This document shows, piece by piece, positions 1 through 7,815 of a stretch of 11,003 bases of DNA; position 1 is the stretch's first letter, and the number at the start of each line of letters is the position of its first letter. The translations under genes and the position numbers were made by a program. Where the stretch lies: NCBI GenBank assembly GCA_965662175.1, contig CBFIGT010000074.1, positions 1-11,003 on the forward strand, in the 5' to 3' direction. The notes under the pieces are model-generated. The model worked only from the letters and a program-made list of their open reading frames with translations, did not search any database and was not told where the DNA came from. This DNA is from Arcobacter sp. Its GTDB lineage: Bacteria; Campylobacterota; Campylobacteria; Campylobacterales; Arcobacteraceae.

Positions 1-339
1 TTTGATAAAAAAAGAGATGGGGAAAGATTTGAACCTGATTTTATTTTGATGTTAAAACATAAAGACAACTTTATTTTTCAGATTTTTTGTGAACCAAAAG
101 GTGATTGGTCAAAAGATGATAAAGAAGGATTTGAAAATAGTAGTGAAAAATGGAAAAATGAGTTATTAGAAGATATTACACAGTGTACAGAACTAAATAA
201 GTTAATATTAGAAGATATAAATGAAAGTAATTTAAATATCTATGAAAATACTCCTTATAAAATATTAGGTTTACCTTTTTATAATTATTCTATGGAGAGT
301 GAGTTTAAGGATAGGTTTAGAAGTGTTTTAACTGTTTAG
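1..339 (+). CDS. C-terminal fragment of a probable type III restriction-modification Res subunit (PD-(D/E)xK nuclease end); gene starts upstream of the window
   Basis: Frame is open from base 1 (FDKKRDGERFEPDFILMLK...QIFCEPKG...KWKNELLE...YKILGLPFYN) to TAG at 337-339. The FEPDF...EPKG...WK pattern and GLPFYN tail match my recollection of type III Res C-termini. The ORF-track start at 46 is internal. Confidence 0.75.
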   Translation, partial: FDKKRDGERFEPDFILMLKHKDNFIFQIFCEPKGDWSKDDKEGFENSSEKWKNELLEDITQCTELNKLILEDINESNLNIYENTPYKILGLPFYNYSMESEFKDRFRSVLTV

Positions 340-355
340 ATTTTTTTGTTTTTAA

Positions 356-388
356 TATGCGTCCCAAAGCTGGAGCTTTGGGACGAGA
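356..388 (+). repeat. REP-like palindrome copy A (AAAGC/GCTTT variant), between convergent genes
   Basis: TATGCGTCCCAAAGCTGGAGCTTTGGGACGAGA. Perfect 12-bp inverted repeat CGTCCCAAAGCT (360-371) / AGCTTTGGGACG (374-385). GC-rich in AT-rich context; related to 8486-8518. Confidence 0.85.
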
Positions 389-397
389 GTGATGGTT

Positions 398-1312
398 TTA
401 GACAAAATAATTCAAAACTAAAAGTATAAATATGATTGAGACTAATGTCTGAACTGTGATAATTGAGGACATTAATCCAATATCACCACCTAATTGTCTG
501 GCTAGTATAAAAGAGCTTGGTGCTGTTGGTAGTACTGCAAATAAAACCAAAATAGATAACATCATTCCATCTATTCCAAATAGTTTTCCAAAAATAAATA
601 TCAAAATAGGTAAAACCATATGTTTTGCTAGGCTTGAGATTAGAAGCTCTTTTTTTGATGATTTTATCTCTTTGATTACAAGTCCAAAGCCTACTGATAA
701 AAGACCCATTGGAAGTGCTGCTTTACTTAATATCTCTAAAGTATTATTTATAACTATTGGAAACTCTATTCCAAAAAAGTTGATAGTTCCACCTATAACA
801 CAAGCTACTATTAGAGGGTTTGTGATTATTGATTTTAGTAAATATATGAAGTTCAGTTTATCATTTGAGATATATAATGCAAAAATAGTGATACATAAAA
901 TATTTATAAATGGTATGGCAAAGGTTAAAATAATAGCTGCTAGAACTAATCCCTCATTTCCAAAAATTGAACCTGCAAGTGCTAAAAAAACATAGGTATT
1001 AAATCTTATTCCTCCTTGAACTACTGAGGTAAAAGAAGCTGGTGTTGCTGGTGATATTTTATTTATAAAGATTAAGATAATCATGGTAAAAAATATTGCT
1101 AAAAGTGCTGATATTACGAATTCAAAGCTATTCTCTCCATCAAGTGAAGCTGATGAGAGTTTATATATCAAAAGCGAGGGCATAAGAATATAGTATGTTA
1201 GTTTATCAGCTTGTGGCCAAAATTCATGGGATGGAAATTTGATTTTTTTGAAAAAGTATCCTATTAGAATAAGTGAAAAAACAGGGATTAAAGCTGAAAA
1301 AATATGTATCAT
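398..1312 (-). CDS. AEC (auxin efflux carrier) family membrane transporter
   Basis: 304 aa, highly hydrophobic, about 10 TM. Family motifs: LIPVFSLILIGY, LTYYILMPSLL, RFNTYVFLAL, NPLIVAC, ALPMGLLSVG, LPTAPSSFILARQLGGD. Confidence 0.9.
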   Translation of the reverse strand: MIHIFSALIPVFSLILIGYFFKKIKFPSHEFWPQADKLTYYILMPSLLIYKLSSASLDGENSFEFVISALLAIFFTMIILIFINKISPATPASFTSVVQGGIRFNTYVFLALAGSIFGNEGLVLAAIILTFAIPFINILCITIFALYISNDKLNFIYLLKSIITNPLIVACVIGGTINFFGIEFPIVINNTLEILSKAALPMGLLSVGFGLVIKEIKSSKKELLISSLAKHMVLPILIFIFGKLFGIDGMMLSILVLFAVLPTAPSSFILARQLGGDIGLMSSIITVQTLVSIIFILLVLNYFV

Positions 1313-1374
1313 AAAAGATTCTTTATATTTAATATAATTTGTATATTATCATATTAAATATAAATTATCTTTTT

Positions 1375-2085
1375 TTAATCAAGTACTCTTATAAATATAT
1401 GTACATTTCTATTTTTGTTAAATGGTATTTCATTTAACTCAAGATAATCAAGTGATTTCATAAGTTTTCCATATTTATCATATCCGTATGTTCTAGGGTC
1501 AAATGATGGGTAGTTTTTATTTATATGTTTAACTACAGCTGATAAGTTTGCCCAATCATCATCATCTGATACAGCAATTACAGCTTTTGTTATTATCTCT
1601 TTTAATTTATTTTGTTCATTATTTGTCTGTTTTATTTTTTTAACTTCTCTAAGATTTTCTGTATAAACAAATTTATCACAAGCTGATATAAAAGCTTCAG
1701 GAGTTTTTTGCTCTCCAAAGCCATATACTTTTAGCCCTGATTCTCTAATTCTTGTTGCTAATCTTGTAAAATCACTATCTGAAGATATTATACAAAAGCC
1801 ATCAAGTCGATTTTCATGTAAGATATCCATGGCATCAATTATAAGCGAAGAGTCTGTTGCATTTTTTCCGTTTGTGTAGCTAAACTGCTGAATAGGTTGT
1901 ATTGCATGGGTATGTAGATGCTCTTTCCAGTTTTTTAGTTGACTAGTTGTCCAATCCCCATAAGCTCTTTTGATATTTGTAATTCCAAACTTTGCTATCT
2001 CTTCTAATAACTCAGAGATAACAGAAGCTTGGGCGTTATCAGCATCTATTAAAACAGCTAATTTATCTGTGCTTAATTCATTCAT
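1375..2085 (-). CDS. NYN domain (PIN-like, LabA/DUF88) protein with C-terminal OST-HTH/LOTUS domain
   Basis: LAVLIDADNA, KRAYGDW, GKNATDSSLIIDAMD, SSDSDFTRLATRIRESG, ACDKFVY, and C-terminal WANLSAV...PSFDPRTYGY. SD AAGGA (minus strand) upstream of the ATG. Confidence 0.9.
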   Translation of the reverse strand: MNELSTDKLAVLIDADNAQASVISELLEEIAKFGITNIKRAYGDWTTSQLKNWKEHLHTHAIQPIQQFSYTNGKNATDSSLIIDAMDILHENRLDGFCIISSDSDFTRLATRIRESGLKVYGFGEQKTPEAFISACDKFVYTENLREVKKIKQTNNEQNKLKEIITKAVIAVSDDDDWANLSAVVKHINKNYPSFDPRTYGYDKYGKLMKSLDYLELNEIPFNKNRNVHIFIRVLD

Positions 2086-2222
2086 TTGTAAAATCCTTTA
2101 AAATATCCAACAGTATATCTAATAACTAGGCAATTTTATTTTTTAGCTTATTTTTTTTAAGTGCTAATAAAAAACTATGTGATAATATTTCAAAATATAA
2201 CTATTTTTACTAAGGAATAAGT

Positions 2223-2714
2223 GTGAACATAACAGTTTTAAATACAGGTGGAACTTTTAATAAAAGATATAATCCAATAAAAGGTGAGCTTGAAGTTCCA
2301 AGTGATAATTTAGCTTTGGAAAAAATTATAAAAAATTGTCATAATATTGATTTTGATATTAAAAATATAGTTTCAAAAGATAGTTTGGAGTTTACAGATT
2401 TAGATAGGGAAACTATTTTAGAAAATATAATTAATAGTGCTAGTGATAAGATTATAATTATCCATGGAACTGATACAGTTGATTTAACAGCAAAATTTCT
2501 TGATGGAAAAGTTGACAATAAAAAGATAGTTTTTACAGGAGCTATGATTCCTATGAGTATCGATGAGGTGGAAGCTACAATGAATTTTGCCCAAGCACTT
2601 GGTTTTTTAAATGCAAATATAGAAAATGGAATATATCTCTCTATGCATGGTGTTGTTTTAGAGCACTCAAAACTAAAAAAAGATAGAAGTGTAGGGCAGT
2701 TTTTAGCTAATTAG
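2223..2714 (+). CDS. Short asparaginase-domain protein (N-terminal catalytic domain only)
   Basis: GTG start with SD AAGGA at 2212-2216. Catalytic motifs TGGT and HGTDT, plus VFTGAM. Only 163 aa. Confidence 0.85.
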   Translation: MNITVLNTGGTFNKRYNPIKGELEVPSDNLALEKIIKNCHNIDFDIKNIVSKDSLEFTDLDRETILENIINSASDKIIIIHGTDTVDLTAKFLDGKVDNKKIVFTGAMIPMSIDEVEATMNFAQALGFLNANIENGIYLSMHGVVLEHSKLKKDRSVGQFLAN

Positions 2715-2735
2715 CTATATTTAATTAAGTTTCAA

Positions 2736-2769
2736 TATAATATAGTATTGAAACAATTATGAAACAAAT
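2736..2769 (+). promoter_or_regulatory. Putative -10 (TATAAT 2736-2741) followed by tandem 11-bp direct repeat, likely an OmpR-family binding site
   Basis: TTGAAACAATT (2748-2758) + ATGAAACAAAT (2759-2769). The same motif occurs at 8608-8629. Confidence 0.6.
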
Positions 2770-2796
2770 TCTGCTTTCAAAATAGGAAATAATAAA

Positions 2797-5406
2797 ATGT
2801 TTATGGGAAAAAAGAAAAAGTACAGTTTAATAGATATACAAAATCTTTTTTCTAGAATACCAATAATTTTTATTATATTTCTAGCCACACTTCTTGTCTT
2901 GATTACATATTTTATTTTAGACTCCAAAAAAAATAGAGAAATAGATTTGATTAAACAAAAATATCATCTTCAATATGAGTTTGATAAAAAAGTTGAGTTA
3001 AATAAGTTTGTAAATAGTGTTTCTCAAAAAGTAAAAGAGACTTTTATTGATGAAGAAAAGATTATAAAAGAGGCTACATATAAGGCTATTGGATATTTAG
3101 AATCATACTCTTTCCATGACTTAAAAAAAATAAAAAACTATCTAAAACTTATAGAAGAGAGATATAGTATTGAGTTTGTGATTTTTAAAGAGAAAGATTT
3201 AGATATTTTATATGGAAATGAATCCATAAGTTATATACAAAATTTGATTTTTAATTCAACTATTACGAAAAACAGTAAAAACTTAACTCTTCAATATATA
3301 TATTCCCAAGGTAAAAATAATCTACAATATTGGAATGATGATATTAAAAAAACAGTAAGACTTAGTTTTTTTGATAATGTTATTTTAGAAAATGAGAGAT
3401 TTTATGTTGGGGCATTTTCTACTATTAGTTCTATTGAAGAGATAACAAGAAACTCTATTTTTGAGCTAATTAAAGCTAATAAATCGCATTTTTGGTTTTT
3501 TGATTTAGCAAATCAAAAGGTATTTAATTTTGATAATAAGAATAAATATGATGATAGTAATTACTTTTTAAAAGATAAAATTAAAAATAAATCTTATGAG
3601 ATATTGGAATACTATTTTAATGATTTAGAGTACAAAAAAGAGTATAAAAACTATACTTATTTATTCAGCAAATATAGTTTTTTGATTGTAAATCAATATG
3701 ATAATAATGTAGTGGAAAATAAAATAAAAGATTTAATAATTGATATAAAAAAAGAGTATATCAATCAATTTTTTCAAATATTTATTTATATTTTAGTTAT
3801 CTCTACTGTTTTGATTCTGTTTACATTTATCTTTACAAATTTTATAAGTAGTATTTTTACAAAATATAATGATGAACTGCAAACTAAAACAACATCTTTA
3901 GAGCACTGGAAAAAGAGATTTGAGTTAGCAATTATTGCTTCAAATGATGGATTATGGGATATTGATTTTAAGACACAAAAAATTTATTTTTCTGATAAAT
4001 GGCTTGATATGTTTGGATATAAAGAGAATGAAATCTCCACATTTCCTGATTGGGTTTCTTTGATTCATACAGAAGATAAGGCAAATGTAGAAAATCTTTT
4101 TAGTCAGATTTTTTCAAAAACAAGTGATACTTTTATATGTGAATATAGATTAAAGACTAAAAATGATGGCTTTAAATGGGTACTTGCAAGGGGTAAATCA
4201 TTTCCTGATGAAGAGGGTAATCTAGATAGAATGCTTATGATGTCAATGGATATTGATAAAAGTAAAAGGATGAAAAAAGAGCTTCTTGATATTGAGTTGT
4301 TAGTTGAAGATGGGAAAATCGTGATTTTCAAACTTCACAATGATGAAAACTTATCTGTAAAATATATCTCAAATAGTATCAAAAACTATGGTTTTATAAA
4401 AAAAGATTTTGAATCACATGAAATAAATTTGATGGATTTAATCCACAAAGATGATAAAGATTTAGTTCAAGCAGCTATAAATGCAGCACTAAAAAAAGAT
4501 TTGGGAAACTTTACTTTTGTATGTAGGATTTTAAATGCAGCAGATGAGATAAGATGGATATCTTGTAGAGCAATTTTGATAAAAAATTACTCAGGAGAGG
4601 TTATATTTTTTTATGGATATATAAATGATATAACCAAAATAAAAGTAAGTGAAGAGGAGCTAAAACTCAAAGTTGAAGAGGAATTGAGTAAAAATAGACA
4701 AAAAGATAGAATCCTAATCCAGCAAAGTAAACTAGCAGCCATGGGTGAAATGCTTGGAAACATAGCCCACCAATGGAGACAACCTTTAAATAATGTATCC
4801 CTAATCTTACAATTTTTAAGAGATAACTACAACAATAAAGATGTAAGTAGTGAAAAACTTGATAAATTTATAAATAATGCAAATAAACATATTCAATACC
4901 TAAGTGATACAATTGATGATTTTAGAAACTTTTATAAACCCTCAAAAGTACAAAACAAATTTTGTATAAAAGAGTCTATTGATTCACTTTTACATATGTT
5001 TAGAAATCAGTATGAAAATATAAATATAGAGTTAAAGTGTGAAAAAATAGAGATAACAAACTATGAAAATGAACTAAAACAAGCTCTCTTGAATATTTTA
5101 AATAATGCAAGAGATGCAATAAACTCAAAAAAAGAGAGTCAAAAGTTTGATGCACAGATTATTATAAGATGTAAAAAAGAGAATGATAAACTAAAAATAT
5201 CTATTTTTAACAACGGTGGAAATATCTCAAGTGAGATTTTAGATAGGATTTTTGAGCCATACTTTACAACCAAATTTGAAAGCCAAGGCACAGGAATAGG
5301 GCTTTATATGACAAAGTCAATTATAGAAAATAATATGAAAGGTAAAATAGAAGTATCAAATATAGATGATGGTGTTAATTTTAACATCACACTTGATATA
5401 AAATAG
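2797..5406 (+). CDS. Membrane sensor histidine kinase: TM - periplasmic domain - TM - two PAS domains - HisKA - HATPase
   Basis: Two hydrophobic segments. PAS motifs DGLWDID...IHTEDK...EYRLKTKNDGFKWVLARG and IHKDDK...IRWIS...GYINDIT. H-box EMLGNIAHQWRQPLN, N-box LLNILNNARDA, F-box IFEPYFTTK, G2 GTGIGLY. Confidence 0.95.
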   Translation: MFMGKKKKYSLIDIQNLFSRIPIIFIIFLATLLVLITYFILDSKKNREIDLIKQKYHLQYEFDKKVELNKFVNSVSQKVKETFIDEEKIIKEATYKAIGYLESYSFHDLKKIKNYLKLIEERYSIEFVIFKEKDLDILYGNESISYIQNLIFNSTITKNSKNLTLQYIYSQGKNNLQYWNDDIKKTVRLSFFDNVILENERFYVGAFSTISSIEEITRNSIFELIKANKSHFWFFDLANQKVFNFDNKNKYDDSNYFLKDKIKNKSYEILEYYFNDLEYKKEYKNYTYLFSKYSFLIVNQYDNNVVENKIKDLIIDIKKEYINQFFQIFIYILVISTVLILFTFIFTNFISSIFTKYNDELQTKTTSLEHWKKRFELAIIASNDGLWDIDFKTQKIYFSDKWLDMFGYKENEISTFPDWVSLIHTEDKANVENLFSQIFSKTSDTFICEYRLKTKNDGFKWVLARGKSFPDEEGNLDRMLMMSMDIDKSKRMKKELLDIELLVEDGKIVIFKLHNDENLSVKYISNSIKNYGFIKKDFESHEINLMDLIHKDDKDLVQAAINAALKKDLGNFTFVCRILNAADEIRWISCRAILIKNYSGEVIFFYGYINDITKIKVSEEELKLKVEEELSKNRQKDRILIQQSKLAAMGEMLGNIAHQWRQPLNNVSLILQFLRDNYNNKDVSSEKLDKFINNANKHIQYLSDTIDDFRNFYKPSKVQNKFCIKESIDSLLHMFRNQYENINIELKCEKIEITNYENELKQALLNILNNARDAINSKKESQKFDAQIIIRCKKENDKLKISIFNNGGNISSEILDRIFEPYFTTKFESQGTGIGLYMTKSIIENNMKGKIEVSNIDDGVNFNITLDIK

Positions 5407-5413
5407 GGGATTT

Positions 5414-6121
5414 ATGATGAGTGATTTAATTACAAGAGTTTTATTAGTAGAAGATGAAGAGGATGCAAGAGAAATACTTGAGTTTTATCTTGATACAATA
5501 TTTGATGAGGTACAAATAGCAAGGGATGGACAAGAGGGTATTGATTTTTATAAAAAAGCCTATGAAGAAAACAAAGCCTTTGATTTAGTTTTGACAGATA
5601 TAAAAATGCCAAATGTAGATGGCCTAAGCATGATAGAAAAAATCACACAGATAAATGAAAATCAAAAATTCATAATAGTATCAGCATACAAAGATGAAGA
5701 GTATCTTTTTAAATCAATAAATCTAAATGTAGTAAGTTATTTTGTAAAACCATTGGAAGTAAAAAATATAATGGAACTACTAAAAAAAGTAAAAGCAAAA
5801 GTTTTAGAAGATAAATCAAGTAGTGAAAAGATTGAAGAGATAATAAAATTAAATGAAAACTATACATACAACACAAAAACAAACTTGCTTTATAATGATG
5901 AGGTTTTAGTTGATTTATCAAAAAAAGAGATTTTACTAATACAAGCTTTACTTACAAATATAAAAGAGATAAAAACAAAAGAGTATCTAAAAAAATTCAT
6001 TTGGGAAAACAAAGAGACCTCCGATGCAACACTACGAACAGTAATAAAAAGAGTAAAAGATAAAATAGCAAATAACGACTTCATAGTTTCAAAAAAAGGA
6101 CTTGGATATATAGTTGAATAA
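5414..6121 (+). CDS. OmpR/PhoB-family response regulator (receiver + winged helix)
   Basis: LLVEDE, DLVLTDIKMPNVDG (phosphoacceptor Asp), SA, KP. C-terminal LRTVIKRVKDK...SKKGLGY. Starts 7 bp after the kinase stop. Confidence 0.95.
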   Translation: MMSDLITRVLLVEDEEDAREILEFYLDTIFDEVQIARDGQEGIDFYKKAYEENKAFDLVLTDIKMPNVDGLSMIEKITQINENQKFIIVSAYKDEEYLFKSINLNVVSYFVKPLEVKNIMELLKKVKAKVLEDKSSSEKIEEIIKLNENYTYNTKTNLLYNDEVLVDLSKKEILLIQALLTNIKEIKTKEYLKKFIWENKETSDATLRTVIKRVKDKIANNDFIVSKKGLGYIVE

Positions 6122-6155
6122 AATATAAAACAAAAAATCATCATATCCCCACACC

Positions 6156-6188
6156 TTTCATTCTCATCGTCCCCGATGGGAATGCATA
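6156..6188 (-). repeat. REP-like palindrome copy B (ATCG/CGAT variant)
   Basis: Plus strand TTTCATTCTCATCGTCCCCGATGGGAATGCATA. Stem CATTCTCATCG / CGATGGGAATG (10/11, one G-T), loop TCCC. Reverse complement begins TATGCATTCCC. Confidence 0.85.
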
Positions 6189-6227
6189 CATAAACAAATA
6201 CAATTTCAAATCACATAAAATAATTAG

Positions 6228-6256
6228 TTGACAATATGTACCAAAAAAGGTACAAT
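6228..6256 (+). promoter_or_regulatory. Sigma70 promoter with overlapping palindromic operator for TA module 1
   Basis: TTGACA (6228-6233), 17 bp, TACAAT (6251-6256). Inverted repeat TGTACC-N6-GGTACA (6237-6254). Confidence 0.85.
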
Positions 6257-6261
6257 AAAAA

Positions 6262-6603
6262 ATGAAAAAAATACCTGCACTTTTTTATAAAAATTCAAAT
6301 GATAAAAAGCCAGTTAGAGATTGGTTATTAGAATTGTCAGAAAATGATAGAAAAATAATAGGACAAGATATTGCAACAGTAGAGTATGCTTATCCTGTTG
6401 GAATGCCAACTTGTAGATCTCTTGGAAATAAACTTGAAGAAGTGAGGAGTGATATTTCTGATAAAAGAATAGCTAGAGTGATTTTTTCTATAAAGTGTGG
6501 CTATATAATTTTGTTACATGGATTTATAAAAAAAACGCAAAAAACACCAAAAAATGAAATCGATATTGCACTAAAAAGATTGAAGGAAATAGAATGCGAA
6601 TAA
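6262..6603 (+). CDS. Type II toxin, RelE/ParE superfamily (Gp49/DUF891, HigB-like), toxin-first
   Basis: 113 aa: FYKNSNDKKPVRDWL, PVGMPTCRSLGNKLEEVRS, RIARVIF, ILLHGFIKKTQKTPKNEIDIALKRLK. Confidence 0.9.
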   Translation: MKKIPALFYKNSNDKKPVRDWLLELSENDRKIIGQDIATVEYAYPVGMPTCRSLGNKLEEVRSDISDKRIARVIFSIKCGYIILLHGFIKKTQKTPKNEIDIALKRLKEIECE

Positions 6604-6878
6604 AACAAAATATGAAAAGTGATTTTGATGAATTCTTACAAGATGAGGGAGTTTTTGTTGAAACCGAATCACTTGCAATTAAAAGAGTAATTGCTTATCA
6701 AATAGAACAAGAGATGAAAAAGCAAAATATAAATAAATTAAAGATGGCAAAACTAATGCATACAAGTAGAAGTTCAGTTGATAGATTATTAGACCCTATG
6801 AATAAATCTCTTACAATATCAACACTTGAATCTGCAATTCAAGCTTTAGGTAAAAAATTAAATATTTCAATTTCTTAA
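6594..6878 (+). CDS. XRE-family HTH antitoxin (HigA-like), partner of the upstream toxin
   Basis: 94 aa, overlaps the toxin stop, SD AAGGA upstream. SDFDEFLQDEG...AIKRVIAYQI...MAKLMHTSRSSVDRLLDP...TISTLESAIQALGKKL. Confidence 0.85.
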   Translation: MRIKQNMKSDFDEFLQDEGVFVETESLAIKRVIAYQIEQEMKKQNINKLKMAKLMHTSRSSVDRLLDPMNKSLTISTLESAIQALGKKLNISIS

Positions 6879-6891
6879 AGTATATAAAATC

Positions 6892-6983
6892 TCTCGTTCC
6901 CATCGTCCCGAGTCTATAAAATAACCCAAACCAATATCTTGTGATTTTATTATTTTCCCAGACTCTGGATCTTTGGAACGAGA
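6892..6983. repeat. Decayed doublet of REP-like palindromes (copy C 6892-6910, half; copy D 6951-6983, degenerate)
   Basis: C: TCTCGTTCCCATCGTCCCG, the left half of the B-type element. D: TATTTTCCCAGACTCTGGATCTTTGGAACGAGA. 6892-6914 and 6961-6983 are inverted to each other (18/23 by hand alignment). Confidence 0.7.
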
Positions 6984-7126
6984 TAAAAAAATTCATTTGG
7001 GAAAATAAAGAGACCTCCGATGCAACACTACGAACAGTAATAAAAAGAGTAAAAGATAAAATAGCAAATAACGACTTCATAGTTTCGAAAAAAGGGTTGG
7101 GGTATTTGATTGAGAGTGGTAATTAA
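6984..7126 (+). pseudogene. Orphan duplicate of the response regulator 3' end (direct repeat of 5988-6118) with an alternative C-terminus
   Basis: 6984-7086 matches 5988-6090 at 102/103 nt. It then diverges but encodes SKKGLGYLIESGN* versus SKKGLGYIVE*. No credible start of its own. Confidence 0.9.
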
Positions 7127-7196
7127 AGGTTATCATACCCTCCTGATATATTTAGCATTTTGTTAAACTATTAGTTATCTTAAAAAATCCAACATC

Positions 7197-7225
7197 TTGA
7201 CAAAACGTACGTTATTTAGTACAAT
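7197..7225 (+). promoter_or_regulatory. Sigma70 promoter with YefM-type operator for TA module 2
   Basis: TTGACA (7197-7202), 17 bp, TACAAT (7220-7225). Palindrome AACGTACGTT (7204-7213) and a second GTAC at 7219-7222, 12 bp apart. Confidence 0.85.
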
Positions 7226-7252
7226 ATCTAAAATTTACAAAAAAGGTTAACT

Positions 7253-7498
7253 ATGACAAGAGTCATGTCAGTAAGTCAAGTTAGAAAAGATATTTACAAT
7301 GTAATGGATGAGACAGCACAAACTCATGAGCCGGTACTTATTACTGGGAAAAGAAACAATGTAGTTATGCTTTCTCAAGAAGACTGGAATGCGATAGAAG
7401 AGACACTATATTTAAACTCTATACCTAACATGGCATCTTCAATTCAAGAGTCAATGATTGCAGATGACAGTGAGTTTAGTGAAGATATTGAATGGTAG
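7253..7498 (+). CDS. yefM: Phd/YefM-family antitoxin
   Basis: 81 aa: SQVRKDIYNVMDETAQTHEPVLITGKRNNVVMLSQEDWNAIEETLYLNSIP; acidic tail. Overlaps the toxin start. Confidence 0.9.
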   Translation: MTRVMSVSQVRKDIYNVMDETAQTHEPVLITGKRNNVVMLSQEDWNAIEETLYLNSIPNMASSIQESMIADDSEFSEDIEW

Positions 7499-7761
7499 AG
7501 TATAAAATACTTTACTCAAAATTAGCACTGAAAGATGCTAAAAAGTTAACAAGTGCAAATTTAGATAAAAAAGCTAAAGAACTTATTGAAATCATAAAAA
7601 AAGACCCATTCCAAAATCCACCTCCCTATGAAAAATTAGTTGGTAATTTAAATGGCTCATACTCAAGAAGAATAAATATTCAACATAGACTAGTTTATGA
7701 AGTTAGAGAAGCTGATAAAGTAATAAGAATTTCTAGAATGTGGTCTCATTATGGAGAATAA
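7492..7761 (+). CDS. yoeB: Txe/YoeB-family ribosome-dependent mRNase toxin
   Basis: 89 aa, basic: DPFQNPPPYEKLVGNLNGSYSRRINIQHRLVYEV...MWSHY, with the YoeB catalytic E/R/H/Y pattern. Confidence 0.92.
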   Translation: MVEYKILYSKLALKDAKKLTSANLDKKAKELIEIIKKDPFQNPPPYEKLVGNLNGSYSRRINIQHRLVYEVREADKVIRISRMWSHYGE

Positions 7762-7774
7762 GATAACTGGAGTG

Positions 7775-7815
7775 GGTTTAATTTTAAAGAGGTTTAATTT
7801 TAAAAAGTTTAATTT
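7775..7815. repeat. Short tandem repeat, ~16-bp unit x2.5
   Basis: GGTTTAATTTTAAAGA / GGTTTAATTTTAAAAA / GTTTAATTT. Confidence 0.6.

Noticed and set aside
456..995. 179-aa plus-strand ORF
   Set aside because: Antisense shadow of the AEC transporter; no recognisable motifs.
4104..6144. Short minus-strand ORFs (4104-4331, 5430-5612, 5709-5921, 5890-6144)
   Set aside because: Antisense to well-supported kinase and regulator genes.
5988..7114. Diversity-generating retroelement TR/VR pair (several differences at A positions)
   Set aside because: No reverse transcriptase in the window. Differences cluster in the last 28 nt, are largely synonymous and include non-A positions; two alleles explain it better.
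6811..7126. ORFs 6941-7126 (+) and 6811-7080 (-) as real genes
   Set aside because: They run through a decayed palindrome into the duplicated regulator tail. The plus ORF has no SD; the minus ORF mirrors the shadow ORF at 5890-6144.
7124..7160. Minus-strand AGGAGG followed by ATG
   Set aside because: Only 2 nt between SD and ATG, and the frames are very short; not supportable as a gene.
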